This document shows, in pieces, positions 9,541 through 17,743 of a DNA stretch of 32,000 nt. The notes beneath the pieces were generated by a model that searched no databases, was not told the origin of the DNA, and saw only the letters and a program-made list of their open reading frames with translations. The position numbers and the translations under genes are program-made. Numbering within the stretch: position 1 is the stretch's first letter; every line of letters starts with the position of its first letter. The DNA comes from Bacillus subtilis subsp. subtilis str. 168 (GTDB taxonomy: Bacteria > Bacillota > Bacilli > Bacillales > Bacillaceae), in NCBI RefSeq assembly GCF_000009045.1, contig NC_000964.3, positions 570,001 to 602,000 of the forward strand, read 5' to 3'.

Positions 9541-9876
9541 ATGACGATTGATGTTGCGGCGATGACTCGTTGTTTGAAAACACTTAGTGATCAAACTAGG
9601 CTTATCATGATGAGATTATTTCTTGAACAAGAATATTGTGTCTGTCAATTGGTTGATATGTTCGAAATGAGCCAGCCCGCCATAAGCCAGCATTTGCGGA
9701 AATTAAAAAACGCAGGTTTTGTGAATGAGGACAGAAGAGGCCAATGGCGTTATTATTCAATAAATGGTTCCTGTCCTGAGTTTGATACATTGCAATTGAT
9801 CTTACATCAAATTGATCAAGAGGATGAATTGTTAAACCATATCAAACAAAAGAAAACTCAAGCGTGTTGCCAGTAA
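9541..9876 (+). CDS. arsR: ArsR-family metalloregulator (YdeT-like)
   Basis: [47 protein letters not shown], containing the CVC(Q)L metal-binding motif; ATG with SD GGAAGGAGG. Confidence 0.9.
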
Positions 9877-9888
9877 GGAGGCATTAGA

Positions 9889-11196
9889 TTGACATCAATG
9901 ATTTTGGCAGTATTCATCTTTTTATTAACTCTAGTATTGGTCATATGGCAGCCGAAAAATTTATCTATAGGGTGGTCAGCCTGTGGAGGCGCAGTTTTAG
10001 CTCTAATAGCAGGTGTTGTCAATTTTCATGATGTGTTAACTGTGACAGGGATTGTTTGGAATGCGACCTTGGCTTTTGTGGCCATCATACTGATATCGTT
10101 AATTCTTGATAATATCGGTTTCTTTGAATGGGCAGCGCTTCATATGGCTAAGGCTGCAAAAGGATACGGTGTGCGGATGTTCGTTTATGTATCTCTATTA
10201 GGAGCTATCGTCGCCGCGTTATTTGCAAATGACGGTGCAGCTCTTATATTGACACCAATCGTATTAGCGATGGTCAGAGCATTACATTTTAATGAAAAAT
10301 TAGTTTTTCCTTTTATCATTGCCAGCGGATTTATTGCGGATACCACTTCGCTTCCTTTTGTAGTAAGCAATTTGGTCAACATTGTTTCAGCGGACTATTT
10401 TCATATTACGTTTATTGATTATGCATCCAGAATGGTTGTCCCGTACCTGTTTTCGCTGCTGGCGAGCATCATTGTACTTTACCTTTTCTTTAGAAAAAGC
10501 ATACCAAAACGCTATGATCTGACTGAGGTTAAAAAACCTGTTGAAGCAATTAAAGATCAAAACATGTTCAGACTGTCATGGTATATCTTAGGGCTGCTGT
10601 TAATTGGATATTTTGCAAGTGAATTTTTTTCTATCCCTGTATCAGTGGTAGCGGGCAGCATTGCAATCATTTTCTTAATCGCTGCGCAAAAGAGTCCGGC
10701 CGTCCATACAAAGAAAGTGGTGAAAGAGGCGCCATGGGCTATCGTATTCTTTTCAATTGGCATGTACGTTGTTGTGTATGGTGTCCGAAATGCCGGATTA
10801 ACGGATGTCCTTTCAGATGTGATTCAAGCCGCAGCTGATCAAGGATTGTTTGCTGGGACAATTGGAATGGGCTTTATTGCGGCGATTCTTTCTTCCATTA
10901 TGAATAACTTGCCGACTGTTATGATTGACGCATTGGCCATTGCCGGTACAGATACACATGGGATGATGAGAGAAGCGCTTATTTATGCAAATGTGATCGG
11001 TTCAGATTTAGGGCCTAAAATAACACCGATTGGTTCCTTAGCGACATTATTATGGCTTCATGTTCTTTCGCACAAAGGTATGAAGATTTCCTGGGGCACG
11101 TATTTTAAAACAGGAATTATCCTCACGATACCCACTTTATTGATCACACTTGTCGGCCTGTATATTTGGCTGCTGATAATCCATTCTTGTTTCTAA
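9889..11196 (+). CDS. arsB: ArsB-type arsenite efflux membrane protein (YdfA-like)
   Basis: [42 protein letters not shown]...; TTG start with SD AAGGAGG immediately after arsR; 435 aa. Confidence 0.9.
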   Translation: MTSMILAVFIFLLTLVLVIWQPKNLSIGWSACGGAVLALIAGVVNFHDVLTVTGIVWNATLAFVAIILISLILDNIGFFEWAALHMAKAAKGYGVRMFVYVSLLGAIVAALFANDGAALILTPIVLAMVRALHFNEKLVFPFIIASGFIADTTSLPFVVSNLVNIVSADYFHITFIDYASRMVVPYLFSLLASIIVLYLFFRKSIPKRYDLTEVKKPVEAIKDQNMFRLSWYILGLLLIGYFASEFFSIPVSVVAGSIAIIFLIAAQKSPAVHTKKVVKEAPWAIVFFSIGMYVVVYGVRNAGLTDVLSDVIQAAADQGLFAGTIGMGFIAAILSSIMNNLPTVMIDALAIAGTDTHGMMREALIYANVIGSDLGPKITPIGSLATLLWLHVLSHKGMKISWGTYFKTGIILTIPTLLITLVGLYIWLLIIHSCF

Positions 11197-11227
11197 AAGG
11201 ACAAGGTCACTATATCAAGGAAAACAA

Positions 11228-11500
11228 TGCACTGGTAACTCTTGCCGCAGCCAAATGGCTGAAGGGTGGGGGAGAAAATACCTTGGGGCTAAGTGGAATG
11301 TGTACAGCGCAGGAATCGAAGCTCAAGGATGACATCGAGTGCTGTCAAAGCAATGAAAGAAGCAGGGATTGATATTTCAAATCAAACATCGGAGAAATTT
11401 GATGATCCGGCAAAAGCACACGGAACAGAAGAAGTGTTTCCAAAGGGTCCGTGATGAAATTGGTGACCGTTTAAAACAGTTTGCTGTAACTGGGGAATAA
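11228..11500 (+). pseudogene. arsC: Decayed thioredoxin-coupled arsenate reductase (arsC) remnant
   Basis: Frame 1: [34 protein letters not shown]; frame 2: SAVKAMKEAGIDISNQTSEKFDDPAKAHGTEEVF; frame 3: FQRVRDEIGDRLKQFAVTGE*. Start region absent, central cysteine region deleted, two frameshifts. Confidence 0.85.
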
Positions 11501-11552
11501 AGAATCGATATATTCAGCGTTTTCTTGGGTTATATAATACAATGTGTTGTTC

Positions 11553-11592
11553 AACAGGTGTCTGCGAGCTGAGTGCAGACACCTGTTTTTGT
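11553..11592 (+). terminator. ars cluster intrinsic terminator AACAGGTGTCTGC...GCAGACACCTGTTTTTG
   Basis: 13-bp perfect stem plus T-run. Confidence 0.85.
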
Positions 11593-11702
11593 TTTTATTT
11601 GTCTGAGATTCGTAACAGGGAAGTTATTTAGCTGGTGACAGAGGAAAATTGATTTGTGAACAGAATCATGAAGGAGACGGTGTTTTAAAGGAGTTGTCTG
11701 TT

Positions 11703-12479
11703 TTGCAGGAATTAACAAAAAAAAAATACAGTAGCTTAAAAACAATGTTTGATGACAAATATTGTCCCACATTTGTCTATTCAATATTAGACCAAACCAT
11801 TCCGGGAGCTGTTTATGCAGATGATCAAACCTTTCCTAAATCGTTTTTTATAGGAACTGAATCAGGCATTTATTTTATTGCGGGAGACCAAGGGAATCGG
11901 GATTTTCATGATTTCATTGCAGGATATTATGAAGAACAAGTGAAATCATCAAAACGATTTACCTTGTTTTCTTCCAGTGATACATGGGATAGCGTACTGA
12001 AACCCATACTGAAAGATGACTTAAACCAAATGAGAAGAGCTGCATTTTCTTATCAACCAAAATCTTTCAAAAAGACTTTGCAACTGCCAAAGGGGCTTGT
12101 ATTGAAAAGAATTGACGAAGACATCATTTCACATAGCACAGCGTTTAACAGCGCGTATTATGAGGAGTATTGGAATTCTGTCTCACAGTTTGCTTCAAAA
12201 GGTTTTGGATTTGCCGTATTACATGGCAATCACGTAGTAAGTGAGTGTACCTCTATATTTTTAGGGCATAATCGAGCGGAAATGGATATCTATACACTTG
12301 AAGAATATAGAGGACTGGGGTTAGCTTATTGCGTAGCAAATAGGTTTATAGCGTTTTGTATGGAAAATGGGATTGTTCCTAGCTGGGATTGTGATATTTG
12401 CAACAATTCGTCCATTGCATTAGCAGCTAAACTAGGGTTTAAGACGGTAACGGAATACACTATTTACTACTCTGGCTAA
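11703..12479 (+). CDS. ydfB: GNAT family N-acetyltransferase (YdfB-like)
   Basis: EYRGLGLAYCVANRFIAFCMENGIVPSWDCDICNNSSIALAAKLGF motif; TTG start placed by SD AAAGGAG; the ORF extends upstream to 11649. Confidence 0.75.
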   Translation: MQELTKKKYSSLKTMFDDKYCPTFVYSILDQTIPGAVYADDQTFPKSFFIGTESGIYFIAGDQGNRDFHDFIAGYYEEQVKSSKRFTLFSSSDTWDSVLKPILKDDLNQMRRAAFSYQPKSFKKTLQLPKGLVLKRIDEDIISHSTAFNSAYYEEYWNSVSQFASKGFGFAVLHGNHVVSECTSIFLGHNRAEMDIYTLEEYRGLGLAYCVANRFIAFCMENGIVPSWDCDICNNSSIALAAKLGFKTVTEYTIYYSG

Positions 12480-12503
12480 CCTTAATGAAAGAACCTTAAA
12501 AGG

Positions 12504-12533
12504 AGATACCAACCGATGTTGGTATCTTTTTTG
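12504..12533 (+). terminator. Intrinsic terminator AGATACCAACCGATGTTGGTATCTTTTTTG
   Basis: Stem plus T-run after ydfB. Confidence 0.75.
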
Positions 12534-12535
12534 TT

Positions 12536-13456
12536 TTAGAGTTTTTTTACCCTTTTAGCAGAAAAATGGGTGATGAAAATCTTATTCATTTTATTTACTT
12601 TTAGGTAGGTAAAACATACCCCGCCAACTGTAACCACTCCGCCTAGCAGAGAGAGCAGTGTGGGTATCTCGCCGATCCAGAGCCAAGATATGATCAAGGC
12701 TAAAGCCGGTGTAACATAAAGTGAAAGGGTTGCTTCTGAAGCACCGACGAATGAAGTGACATATGCTAGTGCGAAGTAAGGAATAACCGTCGGCAATAAT
12801 CCTAAGTAAACGATAGACAAAGTTGCGCTTATTGAAGCGTTCATCATCTCTTCGCCTAAGCCTGGCAGAAACACAAGCATAGGTATTGTTCCGCCCCAAA
12901 TGGTGAATGTAACGAATGGAATAAAACCATATTTTTTTATATAGCGGGCTTGAAAAACGAAATAAATACTCTCCGAAAATGCTGCCAGCAGGATGACCAA
13001 GATACCGCTCATTGAATATGTAAAGTCTCCCGCCCCAAATGCAATCAATAATACACCCAATAAACTGATCATAGAGCCAAGCCATTTCGTAAATCCAAAA
13101 TGCTCTTTATAAAACAGGCGGGATAGCATGGCTGAGAAGATCGGTGCCGTAGTAACGAGTAAGCTTGCAACTCCGGCACTAACTGTTTTTTCACCGATGT
13201 TCAGCAAAATGTGATAGAATGCAAATCCTAAAAACCCTAAAAGAAAAATGGCAGGAATGTCTTTCAAGTCGGGTAGGCGCATCTGAGTCAAAACAGCAAA
13301 AAGCAATAATGCCATAGAGCCGATTAACAAACGAAATAAAGCAAGGTGTTCTGGCGTGTACCCTTCAAGTCCTGCGCGAATTCCCGGAAAAGCAGATGCC
13401 CATAAACCAATCATGAGACTATGAGATATCATTATTTGAACTGTTTTCTTTCGCAT
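12536..13456 (-). CDS. ydfC: EamA/DMT-family transporter (YdfC-like)
   Basis: About 10 hydrophobic segments, divergent from the MocR-type gene ydfD; start probably ATG 13456. Confidence 0.85.
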   Translation of the reverse strand: MRKKTVQIMISHSLMIGLWASAFPGIRAGLEGYTPEHLALFRLLIGSMALLLFAVLTQMRLPDLKDIPAIFLLGFLGFAFYHILLNIGEKTVSAGVASLLVTTAPIFSAMLSRLFYKEHFGFTKWLGSMISLLGVLLIAFGAGDFTYSMSGILVILLAAFSESIYFVFQARYIKKYGFIPFVTFTIWGGTIPMLVFLPGLGEEMMNASISATLSIVYLGLLPTVIPYFALAYVTSFVGASEATLSLYVTPALALIISWLWIGEIPTLLSLLGGVVTVGGVCFTYLKVNKMNKIFITHFSAKRVKKL

Positions 13457-13588
13457 TCCTCTCACTCCTCTTTACAAAAACCAACCAGTTATTTAATGTG
13501 TTTCTATACTAATAAAGATTTGATGATATGGCTTCAACCAGTTCAATAGATTTTGACCCAACCAATTTATTTTAAGGAGACCGATTCT

Positions 13589-15037
13589 ATGAGCTTTCCA
13601 GAAGAAAAAAAGATGAAAAAGCTCCCTAAGTACAGACAAATCGTTCATTTTATTAAAGAGAAAATAGGAAATGGAGAGTGGCCGATTGGAAGCAAGATTC
13701 CAAGCCAGCGCACGCTTGCAAAAGATTTTCAGGTAAATCGGAGCACAGTGATTACAGCGTTAGAGGAATTGATGGCCGATGGGCTAATAGAAGGCACAAT
13801 GGGGAAAGGCACAGTTGTTATCAACAACACATGGACACTGATGGCTAAGAATTCTGCTCCCGATTGGGATCAATATGTCACCTCTGGCATTCAGATGCCA
13901 AGCCGAAAAATCGTTCAAGAGATAAATCAATCAGAATCAAATACAGACCTTATACAGCTCAGTAAAGGTGAACTTTCAGCTGAGATTTTTCCTTTGGCTG
14001 TTATGAAAGAGATGATGGGGAAGGTATCTCAACACATGGAGGCATTCGGATATGAAGAACCAAAAGGTTACTTACCTTTGAGGGAGGCATTAAGCAACTA
14101 TTTAAAAACCATTGGAATCAACGTCTCATCTTCTTCCATTCTGATTGTCTCAGGAGCGTTGCAAGCCTTGCAGCTGATATCAATGGGGCTGTTACAAAGA
14201 GGATCAACCGTTTATCTTGATCAGCCCTCCTACCTTTATTCATTACACGTATTTCAATCAGCTGGTATGAAGCTGACTGGACTTCCTATGGATAATGAAG
14301 GACTTTTGCCTGAAAATGTTCATTTAACAAGAGGAGAGCGGGGAAGGGCTATCTTATATACAAATCCATGTTTTCACAATCCGACTGGTATTCTTATGTC
14401 TAAAAAGCGACGGGAAGAAATCCTAGCAGTAAGTGAGAATACACAGCTTCCTATTATTGAAGATGACATTTATCGTGAGTTATGGATCGATGAAATTCCG
14501 CCATATCCTATTAAAACAATTGATAAAAATGGACACGTACTGTACATAGGAAGTTTATCGAAAACATTAAGCCCAGGTTTGAGGATTGGATGGATCGTCG
14601 GACCGGAACCGGTGATTGAACGTTTATCTGACATTAAAATGCAAACAGATTACGGATCCAGTTCGCTATCCCAGAGAGTAGCGGCAGAGTGGTTTACTTC
14701 CGGCCACTACCAGCAGCATGTAGAAAAGGTTAGGCAGCAATTAAAGGTGAGAAGAGAATTGGCCTTGAGTGCTTTAGAAACTCATTTGAAAGAAGTGGCG
14801 ACATGGAATATCCCAAAAGGAGGGTTTTTTGTCTGGATAAAAATATTGCCTTCCATATCAATGAAATTACTTTATACTAAAGCCTTATCAAAAGGGATTC
14901 TGATCAATCTCGGCAGTATCTATGCTCAGGAAAAAGGGAATTATATTCGCTTATCATATGCTTATGCATCTCTTGAAGACCTTCAAAAGGGGATTTATGA
15001 GTTGGGTTTAATGATTAAAGAATTGGCAAGCAGGTAA
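13589..15037 (+). CDS. ydfD: MocR/GntR-family regulator with aminotransferase-like domain (YdfD-like)
   Basis: GNGEWPIGSKIPSQRTLAKDFQVNRSTVITALEEL plus aminotransferase-like region (IEDDIYRELW, IGSLSKTLSPGLRIGWIVGP); ATG 13589 with SD AAGGAGA; 482 aa. Confidence 0.9.
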   Translation: MSFPEEKKMKKLPKYRQIVHFIKEKIGNGEWPIGSKIPSQRTLAKDFQVNRSTVITALEELMADGLIEGTMGKGTVVINNTWTLMAKNSAPDWDQYVTSGIQMPSRKIVQEINQSESNTDLIQLSKGELSAEIFPLAVMKEMMGKVSQHMEAFGYEEPKGYLPLREALSNYLKTIGINVSSSSILIVSGALQALQLISMGLLQRGSTVYLDQPSYLYSLHVFQSAGMKLTGLPMDNEGLLPENVHLTRGERGRAILYTNPCFHNPTGILMSKKRREEILAVSENTQLPIIEDDIYRELWIDEIPPYPIKTIDKNGHVLYIGSLSKTLSPGLRIGWIVGPEPVIERLSDIKMQTDYGSSSLSQRVAAEWFTSGHYQQHVEKVRQQLKVRRELALSALETHLKEVATWNIPKGGFFVWIKILPSISMKLLYTKALSKGILINLGSIYAQEKGNYIRLSYAYASLEDLQKGIYELGLMIKELASR

Positions 15038-15066
15038 CTTTTATATCCTTAAATGGATGTTTCACT

Positions 15067-15100
15067 AAAAAAGAGATCAAGCCTAATGATCGCTTGATCT
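15067..15100 (-). terminator. Hairpin AGATCAAGC-n9-GCTTGATCT with T-run on the minus strand, downstream of ydfE
   Basis: Inverted repeat; T-rich tail only in the minus orientation. Confidence 0.6.
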
Positions 15101-15154
15101 GATAATAACAAGGGTTACTAGAATAGACCAAATCATGGTTCGGTCTTAAAATAA

Positions 15155-15778
15155 TCATGTCTCTGAACGAAAAGTCTTTCCGACTTCTCTTCCTAAACCA
15201 AAGTAGTGTCTGAAATTATAGATAAGCGGGCTCCATTTGGAAGGGTTGATATGGTTTTCGTCCAGAATGATACTTTCCTCGGCATGAAAATGTAGTGCCT
15301 GCGTCTCTACAATTGCGAATGACGATTCATATTCTGGAAGCCGAATGTGTTTCACTTCGGCTTCGATTTGGATAGGGCATTCTTTAATTCGTGTTGGTGA
15401 TACTGTTTTTGATTGTAAAGGCGTTAACCCTGCTGCCTCGTATTTTTCTTTTTTATATGTAAATCCGATCTGCTTCTTTAAAGGCGGTATACTCTTTTTT
15501 CCGCTATAAGATGAAATTCTTTCAACGTTTTCCCATAAATCCGGGCCAGGCAAGTTTATGACACACTCTTTGTGTCTTTCCAAATTGTCGATGGCTTTTC
15601 CTCCCAGTCCTACTCCAAGGATTATATAATGTCCAAGAGCCCAAGAAGAAGACATAGGACTAATATTAGTGGTTCCATCCTCATTCAATGTGGTTAGAAG
15701 AAATGTCGAGGTACCATAATACATGATCTTGGGTTTGATTTCCTTAAATCGACGAGTGTCTTGTTTTTTGATGTCCAA
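15155..15778 (-). CDS. ydfE: Flavin reductase-like domain (flavoredoxin-type) protein (YdfE-like)
   Basis: MYYGTSTFLLTTLNEDGTTNISPMSSSWALGHYIILGVG... typical of FMN-binding flavin reductase-like proteins. Confidence 0.8.
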   Translation of the reverse strand: MDIKKQDTRRFKEIKPKIMYYGTSTFLLTTLNEDGTTNISPMSSSWALGHYIILGVGLGGKAIDNLERHKECVINLPGPDLWENVERISSYSGKKSIPPLKKQIGFTYKKEKYEAAGLTPLQSKTVSPTRIKECPIQIEAEVKHIRLPEYESSFAIVETQALHFHAEESIILDENHINPSKWSPLIYNFRHYFGLGREVGKTFRSET

Positions 15779-15867
15779 CGTTTTTTCCTCCTTGTCACGC
15801 TTACATTTATATTGTAAAGGATTAACATTTCAACTATCATCGAAATATGAATGTAAGGAGGAAAATC

Positions 15868-16548
15868 ATGAATCCTAATATTGCAAAAATCTCTTCGTTG
15901 CTATCAGATCCCTCGCGTTCTTCCATTCTTCTCAGTCTGATGGATGGAAGGATACACCCTGCGGGAGAGCTTGCATATCTCGCTAACATTAAACCTCAAA
16001 CTGCAAGTTTTCACCTGAATAAATTGCTTGAAGCAAAGCTGATTAGCGTAGAGAAGCATGGGAGACATCGGTATTACAGATTGGCTGACTCAGATGCTGC
16101 AAATGTGATCGAACAATTGCTTCATATTGCGCCTAAAGCAAAAGTCAAATCTTTAAAAGAGTCAAAAGAGAAAAAGGACTTGCATTTCGCCCGGACCTGT
16201 TATGATCATTTGGCAGGTTATGTGGGCGTGCAAATGGCACATTCACTAGTTGAGCAGGGGATGTTAAAAAAAGTTGATTTAAACTTTGAGGTGACTTCAG
16301 AGGGTGCTTTATTCTTTTCGAAGTTAGGCATCAATGAAGAGCAACAACGGAATAAGAGGAGAGCCTTTGCCCGCTGCTGTTTGGATTGGAGTGAACGGCA
16401 GCATCATATTGCAGGAGCATTAGGAAACGCCCTATTGGTGCGCATGTTAGAAGAAGAATGGATCGTTCGTATGCCTAAAACGAGAGCGATTAGGATTACA
16501 CAAAGCGGGAAAATCGCGTTTGAAAAGCACCTAAACGTGAAGATTTAG
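15868..16548 (+). CDS. ydfF: ArsR-like HTH transcriptional regulator (YdfF-like)
   Basis: ISSLLSDPSRSSILLSLMDGRIHPAGELAYLANIKPQTASFHLNKLLEAKLI; ATG 15868 with SD AAGGAGG. Confidence 0.85.
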   Translation: MNPNIAKISSLLSDPSRSSILLSLMDGRIHPAGELAYLANIKPQTASFHLNKLLEAKLISVEKHGRHRYYRLADSDAANVIEQLLHIAPKAKVKSLKESKEKKDLHFARTCYDHLAGYVGVQMAHSLVEQGMLKKVDLNFEVTSEGALFFSKLGINEEQQRNKRRAFARCCLDWSERQHHIAGALGNALLVRMLEEEWIVRMPKTRAIRITQSGKIAFEKHLNVKI

Positions 16549-16593
16549 GATTTTGAAGCGGAAACATCAGATGATGAGGCACGATATCTAGGA

Positions 16594-16627
16594 GGAGTAA
16601 GATTTGTTCTAATCTTACTCCTTCTTC
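16594..16627. terminator. Terminator GGAGTAAGATT...AATCTTACTCC between convergent ydfF and ydfG
   Basis: 11-bp inverted repeat. Confidence 0.6.
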
Positions 16628-17071
16628 TTATTTTGAAGCAGCTCGATTCCCCATTGCAATAGAGATGCGGTTCCAACTGTTTATTTGATTAATGATCAGA
16701 ACAAGGTCAACATATTGTTCCTCATCATAATGTTCCCGCACCCGATGATATAGCTCATCAGGAACCCTTTTAGATGGAATGAGCGTGATGTGTTCAGATA
16801 GTTCGAGAGCCGCTTTCTCTTCAGGTGAGTAAAAATCACATTCATTCCAAGCATGTAAACAGTAAATTCGCTGTTCAGTTTCTCCCATTTTGCGGGCATC
16901 GGACGTATGCATATCTATGCAGAAGGCACAGCCGTTCATTTGAGAGACTCTGATTTTGATTAGTTCTCTCGTCGTTCGGTTAATTGAGGATTGTTTCGTG
17001 TATTTCTCCATATCCATCATGATTTTCATACCTTCAGGTGCAATCTCATAGTAGGACACTCTTTGACTCAT
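16628..17071 (-). CDS. ydfG: Carboxymuconolactone decarboxylase / AhpD-like protein (YdfG-like)
   Basis: IRVSQMNGCAFCIDMHTSDARKMGETEQRI with CxxC...H motif. Confidence 0.85.
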   Translation of the reverse strand: MSQRVSYYEIAPEGMKIMMDMEKYTKQSSINRTTRELIKIRVSQMNGCAFCIDMHTSDARKMGETEQRIYCLHAWNECDFYSPEEKAALELSEHITLIPSKRVPDELYHRVREHYDEEQYVDLVLIINQINSWNRISIAMGNRAASK

Positions 17072-17102
17072 AAAGCAAGACTCCTTTCCATAGAATACCT
17101 AG

Positions 17103-17132
17103 ATTGTATCCCGGTATTGATCATTTTACCAA
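17103..17132 (-). promoter_or_regulatory. Candidate SigA promoter for ydfG (TTGGTA-18 bp-TACAAT)
   Basis: Minus-strand -35/-10-like hexamers upstream of ydfG. Confidence 0.4.
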
Positions 17133-17156
17133 TGTGCGGTTTGAATGACAGCTGTT

Positions 17157-17330
17157 TCAGCGTCTTTTGGAAAGAAGCTTCTTTGAATAAAAATAAGGGT
17201 AGCCAGCAATGATGAGTGGAGCTGCTAATGCAAGCAGTATCCATGAGCCTGATTGGCTGTCTCTAGTGACTCTAATGAATATATAAGTACCGATCAGAAA
17301 ATATAATAAAGCACCTAGAAACCAATACAT
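17157..17330 (-). CDS. 57-aa small membrane protein, uncharacterised
   Basis: Manual translation: MYWFLGALLYFLIGTYIFIRVTRDSQSGSWILLALAAPLIIAGYPYFYSKKLLSKRR*; two hydrophobic segments, basic C-terminus, SD AGAGG 7 nt upstream; absent from the supplied track because of its length. Confidence 0.7.
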   Translation of the reverse strand: MYWFLGALLYFLIGTYIFIRVTRDSQSGSWILLALAAPLIIAGYPYFYSKKLLSKRR

Positions 17331-17332
17331 GT

Positions 17333-17476
17333 TCATTCCTCTTTTTCCTTGCTTTTTGGTTGCGCATTTTTGTCTGTCATATGGCTTAATCGATCAGGGT
17401 TCTGATTTTTTAATACCTTTTCGGTCCGGATTCCTTTTCTCTTTAATGATAAAATTGTGAGATCAATCGATTTCAA
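17333..17476 (-). CDS. 47-aa charged small protein, uncharacterised, directly upstream of the 57-aa membrane protein ORF
   Basis: Manual translation (TTG start): MKSIDLTILSLKRKGIRTEKVLKNQNPDRLSHMTDKNAQPKSKEKEE*; SD-like GAAGGA upstream; stop codon 2 nt before the next ATG. Confidence 0.4.
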   Translation of the reverse strand: MKSIDLTILSLKRKGIRTEKVLKNQNPDRLSHMTDKNAQPKSKEKEE

Positions 17477-17545
17477 TGATGATCATTCCTTCAATGAATA
17501 GTAAGTTCCTTATGATTTTAAAGGTAAATTTGAAAAGATAAAACG

Positions 17546-17580
17546 TACATAGAGGCAGAACGTTCATGTACGTTTGGGCA
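17546..17580 (-). promoter_or_regulatory. YdfI-box-like sites upstream of the small minus-strand ORFs (and of divergent ydfH)
   Basis: Minus strand: GCCCAAACGTAC (17569-17580, identical to the box at 19620) and a degenerate GCCTCTATGTAC (17546-17557). Confidence 0.6.
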
Positions 17581-17743
17581 ATGATCACTTGTTGGAAACT
17601 CTAATGTTTCCCTGCACCTGATATTGTTGTGTTCCTTCTCTTCCTATAAAATGATTGGATACATGTATGTTTGCACGTTGAAATATGGGTTCGATTTTCA
17701 TGAATCTCTATTCGGTGAAACAGGTAAAGGAAGTGGATAAGGT

